From an uncultured Chloroflexia bacterium (GTDB lineage: Bacteria > Chloroflexota > Limnocylindria > Limnocylindrales > CSP1-4): a stretch of DNA of 64,000 nt. Shown in pieces: positions 23,171 through 33,548 of this stretch (its first letter is position 1; each line of letters starts with the position of its first letter). The stretch spans positions 2,752,001-2,816,000 of the forward strand of contig CAWHDR010000001.1 in the NCBI GenBank assembly GCA_963828165.1, written 5' to 3'. The position numbers and the translations under genes are program-made. The notes under the pieces were generated by a model. It saw nothing but the letters and a program-made list of their open reading frames with translations, did not search any database and had not been told where the DNA came from.

Positions 23171-24190
23171 ATGGATCCGACCGCGGCGGCATCGTTGCTC
23201 GAACTCGTGGAACGGTTGAGCGCCGGCGCCACCGGCCCAGATGCCAAGGACGCGCTGGACCAGCTCGAGCAGCGCTCGAGCGAGCTGCAGGAGGCGATCA
23301 GCGGGTTCGTCGATGCGGGGCGCACGGACGAGGCCCTTCGCATGACCAACGCGCTCTATCGGTTCTGGATCACCAAGCAGCGGTTCGACGAGGGTGCCGT
23401 CTGGTTCGATCGAGCCCTGGCGTCGCCAGGGGGCGATGACCGGCTTCGTGGAAAGGCGACCCTCAACGCCGGGTTCATGCCCTTCTGGATGGGCGACGAC
23501 GGGCGAGCGGCCGAGCTCTTCAACCAGGCCCTGGAGATCGCCCGCCGGCTGGACGATGCGCCGCTCATCTCGGGGGCGCTGGGTGGTCTCGCCCGCGTCG
23601 CGCTGCGCACTGACGTGGCTGAAGGCCGCCGGCTCGCCGCCGAGGCGCTGGCGGTCAGCGAAGCGGCCGCTGACGAAGCCGGACGCTCGAACGCGCTGCA
23701 CCTCCTCGGGGTCGGCGCCCAGATCGCCGGTGACCTGAGCGAGGCCCGTGACTGGATGACTCAGCGGCTTGCGGTCCTTCGGGAAGGGGACAACGAGTTC
23801 CTCATCGCGTCGGAAGCCGCCAACCTCAGCATGGTCGAGCGCCAGCTGGGGAACCTCGACACGGCGGAGACCCTCGAACGCGAGGCGCTGCAGATCTCCG
23901 AACGTATCGGCGACCAGTTCATCCGACCATTCGCGATCGCCGGGCTGGCCGCCATCGCCATGGAACGCGGCCGATTCGAGCATGCCGCCACGCTCGTCGG
24001 CGCGGCCGAGGCGATCATGGAAGCCCAGCACATGGCCTGGCCTCCGGACGAGCGCCCGCATTACGAACGCATGCTTGCGGAGCTGCCCAAGGCCATGGGG
24101 TCGGACGAATTCGATCGGGTACGCCGCATCGCCCAGTCGATGGATGCCAGTGACGCCGTCAGCCTGGCCCTCGGCCGTCGCTCCGGGTGA
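23171..24190 (+). CDS. Tetratricopeptide/helical repeat protein (resembles sensor domain of STAND regulators)
   Basis: Repeated ~40-aa helical units ([27 protein letters not shown]); no P-loop or HTH. Confidence 0.7.
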   Translation: MDPTAAASLLELVERLSAGATGPDAKDALDQLEQRSSELQEAISGFVDAGRTDEALRMTNALYRFWITKQRFDEGAVWFDRALASPGGDDRLRGKATLNAGFMPFWMGDDGRAAELFNQALEIARRLDDAPLISGALGGLARVALRTDVAEGRRLAAEALAVSEAAADEAGRSNALHLLGVGAQIAGDLSEARDWMTQRLAVLREGDNEFLIASEAANLSMVERQLGNLDTAETLEREALQISERIGDQFIRPFAIAGLAAIAMERGRFEHAATLVGAAEAIMEAQHMAWPPDERPHYERMLAELPKAMGSDEFDRVRRIAQSMDASDAVSLALGRRSG

Positions 24191-24254
24191 TCCTCCCCAA
24201 GGTTCGGGATCCACGGTTCATCACGCGGCCCCGGTCGGCTGGTCCGTGAGCCCA

Positions 24255-24263
24255 TGCTATACT
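24255..24263 (+). promoter_or_regulatory. Extended -10 promoter for rplS
   Basis: TGcTATACT about 80 nt upstream of rplS; cUUCGg hairpin in leader. Confidence 0.6.
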
Positions 24264-24344
24264 CCCGCACCGGTCGCCAGTCTCGCGGCCGTTTCATTTG
24301 CCCAGCCCGCAGCTTCGGCTGTCAACCATCCAAGGAACCGCCGC

Positions 24345-24689
24345 GTGAACGTGCTCGACGAGATCGTCCAGGACCAGCTCCGAACCGACCTGCCGGAACT
24401 CGCCACGGGTGACACCGTGAAGGTCTCGGCCAAGGTCGTCGAGGGCAACCGCGAGCGCATCCAGGTGTTCGAGGGAACCATCATGCGGCTGCGTGGCGGC
24501 GGGATCACGCGATCGATCACGGTCCGGCGCATCGCCTCAGGCGTCGGGGTCGAGCGTACGTTCAAGATCAACAGTCCACGCATCGAGAAGATCGAAGTGC
24601 TGCGTCACGGCCAGGTCCGCCGAGCCCAGCTGTACTTCCTGCGCAAGCGCGTCGGCAAGGCGGCCACCCTGCGCGAGCGCCGCAGCTGA
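24345..24689 (+). CDS. rplS: 50S ribosomal protein L19
   Basis: [32 protein letters not shown]. Confidence 0.97.
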   Translation: MNVLDEIVQDQLRTDLPELATGDTVKVSAKVVEGNRERIQVFEGTIMRLRGGGITRSITVRRIASGVGVERTFKINSPRIEKIEVLRHGQVRRAQLYFLRKRVGKAATLRERRS

Positions 24690-24712
24690 ACGCCCGGCCA
24701 ACGCAGTCCCGA

Positions 24713-24735
24713 CGACCCCACCCGACCGGTGGGGT
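24713..24735 (+). terminator. GC hairpin downstream of rplS
   Basis: gaccccacc-cgacc-ggtggggtc, weak U tail. Confidence 0.4.
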
Positions 24736-24803
24736 CTTCCGATTCCGGGGACTTCGGGTCGTCGGCGGCGGGCGAACCTCGAAGCGGGGTACCCTTGCGC
24801 CCG

Positions 24804-25578
24804 ATGACCGTCATCGTCCCGACCCTCCGCTACGAGCGCCGCCTCTGGAACGAAGGGTTGACCCGGGTGGCCGGCGTCGACGAGGTCGGCGTGGCGCCGA
24901 CCTGTGGTGCCGTGGTTGCGGCGGCCGTCATCATGCAGCCCGGCTGCCACCGGATCCCCGGGGTGCGCGACTCGAAGACCCTGTCGATGGCCCAGCGGGA
25001 CCGCCTCGCGCCGATCATCCGCCGGCGTGCCATCGCGGTCGGTGTCGGAGCGGCGAGCGTCCGCGAGATCGACCAGCTCAACATCTACCACGCGACCCAT
25101 CTGGCGATGCGTCGGGCCATCGCGCGACTGGGCGGTCACGAGCACGTCATCGTCGACGGCAATCGGATCGTCGGCTTCGAGGCCCAGGTCGGTCCGTACA
25201 GCAACGTGGTCGATGGAGACGCGAAGGTCTACTCGATCGCCTGTGCATCGGTGGTCGCCAAGGTCGTCCGCGACCGCATGATGATCAAGCTCGCGGCGCG
25301 GTACCCCGGCTACGGCTGGGAGCACAACCAGGGATACGCCACGCGTGACCACCGTGACGCGATCCGGGCCATGGGACTGACGCCGTTCCACCGGCGTTCC
25401 TTCCTCGCACTCCAGCGGACGCTGGCGGGCGACCAGCTGGACCTCGATCTCCTGGGCGACCCGTCCGCGTCGCCGGATGACCCACGATCTGCTCGAGCGC
25501 GAGCTCGTACCGGTGATGGCCGACGATGCAGCGTTCGACCTGACGGACCTCGCTTCACTGGAGTCCGCACCGGCCTGA
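24804..25578 (+). CDS. rnhB: Ribonuclease HII; true stop probably 25576-25578 after an apparent +1 indel near 25475
   Basis: AGVDEVG, DSKTL, IVDGN, GDAKVYSIACASVVAKVVRD, HRRSF. Confidence 0.9.
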
Positions 25579-25676
25579 CCCGGCTTCGGCCGCTCGCGCG
25601 GCCCGTTGAGCCGTCGGAGAGCCCCGGTGCATGCCCGGATACGTCCACGGTGAGCGCTGTTTGCGACGCTGCGACC

Positions 25677-26087
25677 ATGGATGACCGACCCGTATCGATC
25701 CGAACCACGGCCCAGCTGGCGGGTGACGCCGCCGAGACGCTGGTCCTGACCCGGCTCGTCGAAACAGGTTGGGCCATCCTGGCCCGGAACGTCCATGTCG
25801 GCCGTCACGAACTCGATCTCGTGGCGGTCGACCCGGGTCCGCCCGCCGCCCTCGTGATCGTCGAGGTCAGGTGGCGGCGCTCGCGAAGGTTCGGCCTGGC
25901 GGAGGAAACCGTCGACCACCGCAAGCGCGGCCGCGTCCGGCAGGCGGCGTACGGCCTGCTCGATCGGGGCTCGTTGCCCGACGGGAGCGCGATCCCGCAC
26001 CTGCCCCTCCGCTTCGACCTCGTCGTGATCGAACCGGGCGACCGGGGAGGGGAGCCGCGGATCCGCCACCATCGGGCGGCGTTCTGA
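25677..26087 (+). CDS. yraN: YraN family PD-(D/E)XK nuclease-like protein
   Basis: GDAAE, ILARN, ELDLVA, VIVEVRWR, RFDLVVI; own ATG at 25677. Confidence 0.88.
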   Translation: MDDRPVSIRTTAQLAGDAAETLVLTRLVETGWAILARNVHVGRHELDLVAVDPGPPAALVIVEVRWRRSRRFGLAEETVDHRKRGRVRQAAYGLLDRGSLPDGSAIPHLPLRFDLVVIEPGDRGGEPRIRHHRAAF

Positions 26088-26107
26088 GGCAGTCGAAGCG
26101 CGGGAAT

Positions 26108-26292
26108 GCCCGGGTATCGCCACCGGCGATCGTAAACATGATCCCAGGCGGTTCTGATCCCGGAATCCGCTGTTTCGGGCCCAGGTATCGCCAGCAGCGA
26201 TATCCGGAGCCAGATTCGAGGTTCCCAGCCCCTCGTCAGTGACTCCGAGCCTGGCAGCCGCACCTACCATCGCCCACGGCGATATCTGGGGA
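26108..26292. repeat. Three REP-like imperfect palindromes
   Basis: tatcgccaccggcgatc (26115-26131), tatcgccagcagcgatatc (26186-26204), atcgcccacggcgatatc (26269-26286). Confidence 0.6.
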
Positions 26293-26365
26293 AACGCCCG
26301 TGCGCGGGACTCGCCCCGCCCCGCCCGCGCTCGAGACCCGCCCGCCCCCGGTCCGAACACCACCC

Positions 26366-26376
26366 TGTGCTACACT
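26366..26376 (+). promoter_or_regulatory. Extended -10 promoter for rpsB-tsf
   Basis: TGTGcTACACT upstream of the rpsB leader. Confidence 0.6.
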
Positions 26377-26444
26377 CCGCCGCGGCCCGGATCCCCGAGC
26401 CACGCCCAACAGAACCGCCCGCGGGCACGAGCGCCAGCGGAGCT

Positions 26445-26529
26445 CACACGCGAGCCGTCCCGACCGGGGTGGTGCCGGCCTCACGAGGCCGGTCCCCGTC
26501 GACACCAGGGGCTCGCGGAGGAACGAACC
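26445..26529 (+). ncRNA. rpsB 5' leader (t44/S2-binding-like element)
   Basis: cacacgcgagcc...ggggtggtgcc-hairpin-ggt...ggctcgcggaggaacgaacc follows the layout of the E. coli t44/rpsB leader as I recall it. Confidence 0.7.
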
Positions 26530-26548
26530 GAACAGGAGGTCTCACACC

Positions 26549-27517
26549 GTGCCGTCCGTCTCGATGCGGCAGCTGCTGGAAGCCGGAGTCCACTTCGGCC
26601 ACCAGACCCGCCGCTGGAACCCCAAGATGCGCCCGTTCATCTTCGCCGAGCGCAACGGGATCCACATCATCGATCTCGCCCAGACCGTCCAGCGGCTGGA
26701 CGTCGCCCTCGAGGCCGTCCGCGAGACGGTCGCCCGTGGCGACCAGGTCCTGTTCGTCGGGACCAAGAAGCAGGCCCAGGAGCCGATCGTCGCCGAGGCG
26801 ACGCGGGCCAACATGCCCTACGTGCAGAAGCGCTGGCTCGGCGGCATGCTCACGAACTTCTCGACGATCAAGAAGCGCATCGGCCTCCTCGAGCAGCTCG
26901 AGGCGCGCCAGCAGGCCGGCGACTTCGAGCGGATGACCAAGAAGGAAGCCGCCAAGCTGACCGAGGAGATGACCAAGCTCCAGGGCACGGTCGGCGGCAT
27001 GCGCAAGATGAAGCGATTGCCCGGTGCCGTCTTCATCGTCGACCCGCATCGCGAGCGGATCGCGGTGACGGAGGCGAACAAGCTCGAGATCCCGGTCGTC
27101 GGCACCGGCGACACCAACGTCGATCCCGACGAGCTCGATTACATCATCCCGGCCAATGACGACGCCATCCGGGCGATCAGGCTCCTCTGTACGCTCGTCG
27201 CGGAGGCGGCCATCGAAGGCGCCCAGCAGCGCTCGGCTCGCGCCGCGTCCGAACCGGACGTGAGCGAAGCCATGCCGATGCCTGAGACCGAGGAGGAGGC
27301 GCCCGGCGCGTCCGATGAGCTCGTCGCGGCGCTGGCCGGTGGAGCCGCCCTCACGTTCGAGCCCGACGCGGACGATGACGACCTCCTGCCCGGCGACCGC
27401 GTTGCGCGGGCCGAGGCGGCCGTCGCGGAAGCGCCGTCCGAAGCCACGCCCGAGGAGATCGCCGCCGAGCTTGCGCGCGAGGCGGCCGAAAAGGCCGAAG
27501 GCGACACCCCGGCCTGA
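26549..27517 (+). CDS. rpsB: 30S ribosomal protein S2 with acidic C-tail
   Basis: [40 protein letters not shown]. Confidence 0.98.
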   Translation: MPSVSMRQLLEAGVHFGHQTRRWNPKMRPFIFAERNGIHIIDLAQTVQRLDVALEAVRETVARGDQVLFVGTKKQAQEPIVAEATRANMPYVQKRWLGGMLTNFSTIKKRIGLLEQLEARQQAGDFERMTKKEAAKLTEEMTKLQGTVGGMRKMKRLPGAVFIVDPHRERIAVTEANKLEIPVVGTGDTNVDPDELDYIIPANDDAIRAIRLLCTLVAEAAIEGAQQRSARAASEPDVSEAMPMPETEEEAPGASDELVAALAGGAALTFEPDADDDDLLPGDRVARAEAAVAEAPSEATPEEIAAELAREAAEKAEGDTPA

Positions 27518-27644
27518 CCCGATGGCAGCCGGTTCGAAGGCCTCGAGCCACCACGAGCCGGCTACCCGATCAGGCACCCATCCAGCAACACGCGCGGACG
27601 CCCGACGCGCCCGCCCGACACCACGAACAGGAGCGGACACGCAC

Positions 27645-28244
27645 ATGGCGGACATCTCCGCAGCGCTGGTCAAGGAACTTCGAGAGCGCACCGGCGCGGG
27701 CTTCATGGACTGCAAGAAGGCCTTGACCGACGCCGACGGCGACATCGACAAGGCCATCGCGCTGCTGCGCGAACGAGGCCTCGCGGCCGCGGCCAAGAAG
27801 TCGGGGCGTGACGCCCGCGAGGGCCTCGTCTCCAGCTACATCCACACGGGTGGCCGTGTCGGCGTCCTGATCGAGGTCAACTGCGAGACGGACTTCGTGG
27901 CGCGGACCGAAGAGTTCCAGAAGCTCGTTCGGGACCTCGCGGTCCAGGTCGCCGGGCTCGCCCCGCTCTATGTCGACGAGGCGGGCATACCGCCGGACGC
28001 CCTCGAGGCGAAGAAGGCCGAGCTCCTCAAGGACGAGTCAGTCCAGAAGAAGCCCGAGAACATCCGCGCACAGATCGTCGAGGGCCAGCTCAAGAAGTGG
28101 TACTCGCAGGTCTGCCTCGTCGATCAGCCCTTTCGCGATGAGGAGCGCACCGTCGGCGAGCTGATCACGGAGAAGATCGCCACGATCGGCGAGCACATCC
28201 GTGTCCGTCGGTTCGTCCGCTATGCGCTCGGGGAGGAGCTGTGA
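27645..28244 (+). CDS. tsf: Elongation factor Ts (short, 199-aa type)
   Basis: [36 protein letters not shown]. Confidence 0.97.
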   Translation: MADISAALVKELRERTGAGFMDCKKALTDADGDIDKAIALLRERGLAAAAKKSGRDAREGLVSSYIHTGGRVGVLIEVNCETDFVARTEEFQKLVRDLAVQVAGLAPLYVDEAGIPPDALEAKKAELLKDESVQKKPENIRAQIVEGQLKKWYSQVCLVDQPFRDEERTVGELITEKIATIGEHIRVRRFVRYALGEEL

Positions 28245-29005
28245 CCCAGGCCGCGACCACTACGGCAGCACCGGATCCGGCCGTTCGCTACCGCCGCATC
28301 CTGCTCAAGCTGTCCGGCGAGGCGCTGCTGGGCGACCGTTCGTATGGCGTGGACCCCGCGTACTGCATGTTCATCGCCAAGCAGGTCGCCGAGGTCCACC
28401 GTCTGGGCGTCCAGGTCGGGATCGTCGTGGGCGGCGGAAACATCTTCCGCGGCATGGCGGCAGCGGCATCGGGCATGGACCGTGCGACCGGTGACTACAT
28501 CGGGATGCTGGCGACGGTCATGAATGGCCTCGCGCTGCAGGACGCGCTCGAAAAGGCCGGCATCACGACGCGCGTCATGTCGGCGATCGCGATGAACGAG
28601 GTCGCAGAGCCCTACATCCGCCGTCGTGCCATCCGTCACCTCGAGAAGGGCCGGGTCGCGATCTTCGTGGCCGGCACCGGCAACCCGTACTTCACGACGG
28701 ACACGGCCGCAGCCCTACGCGCGGTCGAGATCAACGCCGAGGTCCTGCTCAAGGCGACCAAGGTGGATGGTGTCTACGATCATGATCCGGTGACGCATCC
28801 CGATGCGCGGCGGTACGCTCAGCTCGGCTACGCCGACCTGCTTCGTGACCAGCTCAAGGTCATGGACGCCGCGGCCGTCAGCCTGTGCATGGAGAACGAC
28901 CTGCCCATCGTCGTCTTCGACCTCAATTCACCTGACAACATCACGAAGGTCGCGGCCGGAGAGCCGGTCGGGACCCTCATCTCGAGCGGAGGTGCGGTCG
29001 CATGA
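28241..29005 (+). CDS. pyrH: UMP kinase
   Basis: [30 protein letters not shown]. Confidence 0.98.
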   Translation: MTQAATTTAAPDPAVRYRRILLKLSGEALLGDRSYGVDPAYCMFIAKQVAEVHRLGVQVGIVVGGGNIFRGMAAAASGMDRATGDYIGMLATVMNGLALQDALEKAGITTRVMSAIAMNEVAEPYIRRRAIRHLEKGRVAIFVAGTGNPYFTTDTAAALRAVEINAEVLLKATKVDGVYDHDPVTHPDARRYAQLGYADLLRDQLKVMDAAAVSLCMENDLPIVVFDLNSPDNITKVAAGEPVGTLISSGGAVA

Positions 29006-29559
29006 GCACCGAGATCCTCGCAGAAGCGGACCAGAAGATGGCACGCGCCGTCGAGGCGATGGAGCGTGACTTCCAGGGCGTCCGGACGGGGCGCGCCTCG
29101 ACCGCGCTCGTCGAACGCATCACGGTCGACTACTACGGCACCCAGACCCCGCTCAACCAGCTGGCCGGGATCAGCGTCCCGGAGCCGCACCAGATCGTCA
29201 TCCAGCCGTGGGACCGCGGGGTCCTCGGCGCGATCGAAAAGGCGATCACGAAGTCCGACATCGGCATCACGCCCAACGTCGATGGCACGGTCGTGCGGCT
29301 CAACATCCCGCCCCTGACCGAGGAACGTCGCAAGGACCTGGTCAAGATCGTCCACAAGCGCATGGAAGAGGCCCGCGTCGAGATCCGCAACATCCGGCGC
29401 GACGCCAACGACCACCTCAAGAAGGAAGAGCGCGACGGCACCGTCGGAGCCGACGAGGGGCATCGCCAGATCGACGTGCTCCAGAAGACCACCGACCGCC
29501 ACATCGCCGAAGTCGATCGACGCGGCGGCGCGAAGGAACAGGAGGTCCTCGAGGTCTAG
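29002..29559 (+). CDS. frr: Ribosome recycling factor
   Basis: [29 protein letters not shown]. Confidence 0.98.
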   Translation: MSTEILAEADQKMARAVEAMERDFQGVRTGRASTALVERITVDYYGTQTPLNQLAGISVPEPHQIVIQPWDRGVLGAIEKAITKSDIGITPNVDGTVVRLNIPPLTEERRKDLVKIVHKRMEEARVEIRNIRRDANDHLKKEERDGTVGADEGHRQIDVLQKTTDRHIAEVDRRGGAKEQEVLEV

Positions 29560-30386
29560 TGGTCCGCGTACCGCTGGCCCGGCCGACCGACGCGCCTCCG
29601 TCCGCTCACGAGCCGGCGGCGGCGCCGCTGGCCCCCACGCCCGCGATCGCGACGCCGCCCGCGCCCGATGACCTCGCGGCCGATACCGCATTCCTGCCAC
29701 CCGACGAGGTGCCGCGTCACGTCGCGATCATCATGGATGGCAACCGCCGCTGGGCTCGACAGCAGGGCCTGCCGGAGCTCGACGGACATGCGGCCGGCGT
29801 GGAAGCCATCCGCGAGATCCTCCGCCACGCCGTCCGGCGCGGTGTCCCGGTGCTGACGCTGTATGCCTTCAGCCGCGAGAACTGGGCGCGTTCGGACGAC
29901 GAGGTCCACGGCCTGTTCAGCCTGCTCGAAGGGGCCATCCGGAGCGAGACCGACGAGCTTCGTAGCCAGGGCGTGCGCGTGCGCCTGCTCGGCCGGCTCG
30001 ACGAGCTCCCCGATGAGACGCGCGGTTCCATCGACGAGGCACTCGACGCGACCTCGGATGGTCAGCGGCTCCTTCTCAACATCGCGTTCAACTACGCGGG
30101 CCGGACCGAGCTCGTCGATGCGGTCCGCAAGCTGGTGGCAACGGGCGCCGCGCCCGAGTCGATCGACGAAGCCGCGATCACGCGAGCCCTGTACACGGCC
30201 GGTCTGCCCGATCCGGACCTCCTGATCCGGACGGGCGGGGAGCAACGCCTCTCCAACTTCCTTATCTGGCAGTCGGCCTACGCCGAGTTCTACTTCTGTG
30301 AGGCGCTCTGGCCGGACTTCGGCCCGGCGGCTTTCGACGAAGCCCTCCTCGAGTTCGCCCGGCGCCAGCGCCGGTTCGGACGGTAG
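29559..30386 (+). CDS. uppS: Undecaprenyl/isoprenyl diphosphate synthase (start approximate)
   Basis: HVAIIMDGNRRWA, YAFSRENW, DLLIRTGGEQRLSNFL. Confidence 0.95.
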   Translation: MVRVPLARPTDAPPSAHEPAAAPLAPTPAIATPPAPDDLAADTAFLPPDEVPRHVAIIMDGNRRWARQQGLPELDGHAAGVEAIREILRHAVRRGVPVLTLYAFSRENWARSDDEVHGLFSLLEGAIRSETDELRSQGVRVRLLGRLDELPDETRGSIDEALDATSDGQRLLLNIAFNYAGRTELVDAVRKLVATGAAPESIDEAAITRALYTAGLPDPDLLIRTGGEQRLSNFLIWQSAYAEFYFCEALWPDFGPAAFDEALLEFARRQRRFGR

Positions 30387-30397
30387 GCGGGGCAGGG

Positions 30398-31225
30398 GTG
30401 CGCGACCGAGCCATCGGCGCGGTGATCCTCGTCCCGGTCCTGCTCCTGGTACTGGCCATCGGCGGGATCGTCCTGGCGGCGGCCGTGGCAGTCGTGACGA
30501 TCTTCGCCGCCCGGGAGGCATTCAAGCTCCTCACGGATGCGGGCTTGCCGACCCTCCCGTTGCTTGGGTCGGTGCTGGCCCTCACCGTCGTCGCGGACGC
30601 GGCCTTCCCGGGCGTGCTCGAGGGGAGCGGCCTGCTGCTGATGGCCGTGGGGATCGTGCTCGTGGCCGTTGCCGCATTCGCCCGGCCGAACCCGCGCGAT
30701 GGACTGATCACCTGGATGGCCACCGTCTTCGGGGCGCTCCTTGTCGGTCTGCTCTCGTTCGTCGTCCGTCTCGGCCATGCCGCACCTGCCGTCCCGGATG
30801 GCGCGCCGCTGGCGGCGCTGGGCGCGGAACGTGGCTGGATCCTGTTGCTGCTCCTTGCGGTGTGGGCCTATGACACGGGCGCGTTCCTGGTCGGCAGCCA
30901 GTTCGGGCGCGAGAGGTTCCTCACCCATATCTCCCCGTCGAAGACGTATGCCGGTCTGATCGGTGGCGTCGTCGCGTCGACCGTCGTGGTCGGGGCGCTC
31001 CTGTGGGGGCTTGGACAGCCTCCGCTGCACGCGTTGGTGCTCGGGCCGCTGGTCGCCCTCTCCGCGCAGGCCGGTGACCTCGCAGAATCGATGCTCAAGC
31101 GCGCCGCCAACGCCAAGGATTCGGGCACGCTGATTCCCGGTCACGGTGGGATGCTGGACCGCGTGGACTCGTTCCTCTTCGCCGCCCCGATCGCGACGCT
31201 GTATGTCCTCGCCTTCATCACCTGA
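30398..31225 (+). CDS. cdsA: Phosphatidate cytidylyltransferase
   Basis: ISPSKT, GDLAESMLKR, KDSGTLIPGHGGMLDRVDS. Confidence 0.96.
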   Translation: MRDRAIGAVILVPVLLLVLAIGGIVLAAAVAVVTIFAAREAFKLLTDAGLPTLPLLGSVLALTVVADAAFPGVLEGSGLLLMAVGIVLVAVAAFARPNPRDGLITWMATVFGALLVGLLSFVVRLGHAAPAVPDGAPLAALGAERGWILLLLLAVWAYDTGAFLVGSQFGRERFLTHISPSKTYAGLIGGVVASTVVVGALLWGLGQPPLHALVLGPLVALSAQAGDLAESMLKRAANAKDSGTLIPGHGGMLDRVDSFLFAAPIATLYVLAFIT

Positions 31226-32430
31226 GCGGCGCGGCGTCGCGCTCCTCGGCTCCACCGGCTCGATCGGCACCCAGGCGATCGAGGTCATCGCCGCGCACCC
31301 GGAGCTCTTCCGCGTCGTCGGGCTGGCGGCCGGCCGTGATGGGTCGACGCTGGCGGAACAGGCACGGCAGCTGCGACCGGCGGTCGTTGCGCTGGCGGAA
31401 TCCGACGCCTTCGCCGGTCTGGACCTCCCTGGCGGCACGGATCGGGCCGCGGGCGACGAGGCGCTTCTCGAGCTCGCCACGCGTGACGACGTCGATCTCG
31501 TGGTCGTCGCGACCGGTGGTGTCGTCAGCCTCCGACCGGTCCTCGCCGCGCTTCGTGCCGGCAAGGTCGTGGCGACGGCCAACAAGGAGACCCTGGTCGC
31601 CGGCGGCCATATCGTCATGCCGATCGCTCGCCGCCTGGCGGCTCGCTCGAGCGAAGCCGACCCTCTGGACCCGTTCGCCAATCCCCTCGCCTGGCTCCGC
31701 CCGATCGACTCGGAGCATTCGGCGATCTGGCAGTGCCTCGTCGGCGAATCCATGTCGACGGTCGCAGCGCTCGTGCTCACCGGGTCCGGTGGGCCGTTCC
31801 TGGACGCCACCCCGGACGAGCTCGCCGCCGCGACCCCGGAACGCGCCCTCAAGCACCCGACGTGGACCATGGGAGCCAAGATCACGATCGATTCCGCGAC
31901 CCTCGCCAACAAGGGCCTGGAGGTCATCGAAGCGCACTGGCTGTACGATGTGGACTACGACGCGATCGAGGTGGTCATCCACCCGCAGAGCGTCGTCCAC
32001 TCCGCCGTCCGGTTCGTCGACGGCTCCCTGAAGGCCCAATTGGGCACCCCGGATATGCGACTCCCGATCCAATACGCCATGACCTACCCTGACCGCCGGC
32101 CGTCACCGGCAACCCCGCCCGACCTGATCGCGACCGCGACGGCTGGACTTCCGCGCGCCGGACACGGCGCGGTTCCCGGCGTTGCGCATCGCCCGCGAGG
32201 CCGGGACCGCCGGCCCGCGCGCCTCGGCCGCGTTGATCGCCGCCGACGACGTGGCCGTCAACCGGTTCCTCGAGGGCTCGCTCGACTTCAACGGGATCCC
32301 GCGTCTGCTGGAGGCCGCCGTCGAGCGGTTCGGCGCTGGCGAGGACGAGCCGGACGTCGAGACCCTCATCGCCCTCGATGCGGAGGTACGTGCGGCCTTC
32401 GCCACCGGACCGATCGGGAGCGCTCCATGA
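31203..32430 (+). CDS. dxr: 1-deoxy-D-xylulose-5-phosphate reductoisomerase, apparent frameshift near 32139
   Basis: LGSTGSIG, ANKE, PIDSEHSA, HPTWTMGAKITIDSAT; C-terminus (RLDFRAPD...) in next frame. Confidence 0.93.
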
Positions 32431-33548
32431 CCGGGTTCTTCCAATCGATCATCACGGTCGTCCTGTTCCTGGCGATCCTGGGGATCCTGGTCGTCATCCA
32501 TGAGCTCGGCCATTTCGTGACCGCACGCCTGGCGAACGTCCGCGTGCTCGAATTCGGGGTTGGCTTCCCACCGCGGGCCAAGGTGCTCCGCGCGAAGGGC
32601 GAGACGCTCTACACGCTGAACTGGCTGCCCATCGGTGGCTTCGTGAAGCTCGCCGGCGAGGACGGCAACGATGCGGACGACCCCCGTTCCTTCGCGGCGC
32701 AGCGCTGGATCACGAAGATGGTCATCCTCGCGGCGGGCGTCGCCATGAACGTTTTGCTCGCGTTCGTGATCTTCACCGGCATCGCGTGGCTCGCGTCCCC
32801 GCTCATGGGCATCCGCTTCCACGAGGTCGTCCCCGGTTCTCCGGCGCAGGCCGCGGGTCTCCAGCCGGGTGACGCGATCGTGGCCGTCGACGGGGAGCGC
32901 TACCAGTTCATCGCGGGTCTCACCGTCCTCGATGGCCTGCGTTCGCGGCCCGGAGAGACCGTCGTCCTGACCGTCGACAACGCCGACGGTGCGAGGCGCG
33001 ACGTCACGGTCACCCTGCGCGACCAGGCCGCCATCGACGCGGGCCAGGGCGCTCTCGGGATCTCGCAGGAAGAGAAGCCGTGGGAGGCCTACTTCGATGG
33101 TGCCTCGACCTCGAATCCCTTACCCGACGCGATCGCGATCGGGGCCGAACAGACGGTCGGGGCCCTGGGGCTCATCCTGGGCGGCCTGGGGACGCTCGTG
33201 AGCTCCGTGGCGGCCGATCCGACGGCGCCGCCACCGGTCGCTGGACCGGTCGGCATCGCGACCCAGATCGGTGACGTCTTCTGGAACGCGGGTCCGATCC
33301 TGACCCTGTACGTCGCCGGGATCCTGTCGGCCAACCTGGCGCTGGTCAACATCCTGCCGTTCCCGCCGCTCGACGGCGGCCGGATGCTGATGATCACGCT
33401 CAAGCGGCTCTTCGGCCGGCGCATCAGCCTCCGCGCGGAGCAGCTGACCTACGTCGTCGGGATGGTGTTCCTGTTCGCGTTCATCCTGTGGGTGACCGGC
33501 TACGACATCATCCGCAGCCTCACCGGGGGAACGCTCGGCGCGCCATGA
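32427..33548 (+). CDS. rseP: Site-2 intramembrane metalloprotease RseP (one PDZ domain)
   Basis: [38 protein letters not shown]. Confidence 0.95.
   Translation: MTGFFQSIITVVLFLAILGILVVIHELGHFVTARLANVRVLEFGVGFPPRAKVLRAKGETLYTLNWLPIGGFVKLAGEDGNDADDPRSFAAQRWITKMVILAAGVAMNVLLAFVIFTGIAWLASPLMGIRFHEVVPGSPAQAAGLQPGDAIVAVDGERYQFIAGLTVLDGLRSRPGETVVLTVDNADGARRDVTVTLRDQAAIDAGQGALGISQEEKPWEAYFDGASTSNPLPDAIAIGAEQTVGALGLILGGLGTLVSSVAADPTAPPPVAGPVGIATQIGDVFWNAGPILTLYVAGILSANLALVNILPFPPLDGGRMLMITLKRLFGRRISLRAEQLTYVVGMVFLFAFILWVTGYDIIRSLTGGTLGAP

Noticed and set aside
24729-26087. Apparent RNase HII-YraN fusion (452-aa ORF)
   Set aside because: The linker reads like off-frame sequence. The +1 frame gives a plausible acidic tail ending at TGA 25578, and yraN has its own ATG at 25677.
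26108-26292. Mini CRISPR array
   Set aside because: Only three degenerate units with uneven spacing and no cas genes; reported as REP-like instead.
27645-28244. Short EF-Ts as a truncation
   Set aside because: About 200-aa EF-Ts is a known normal form, for example in Thermus and cyanobacteria.
31146-33548. Apparent Dxr-RseP fusion (800-aa ORF)
   Set aside because: The Dxr C-terminal domain is in the +1 frame and ends at 32430 in an ATGA overlap with rseP; the fusion results from an indel.
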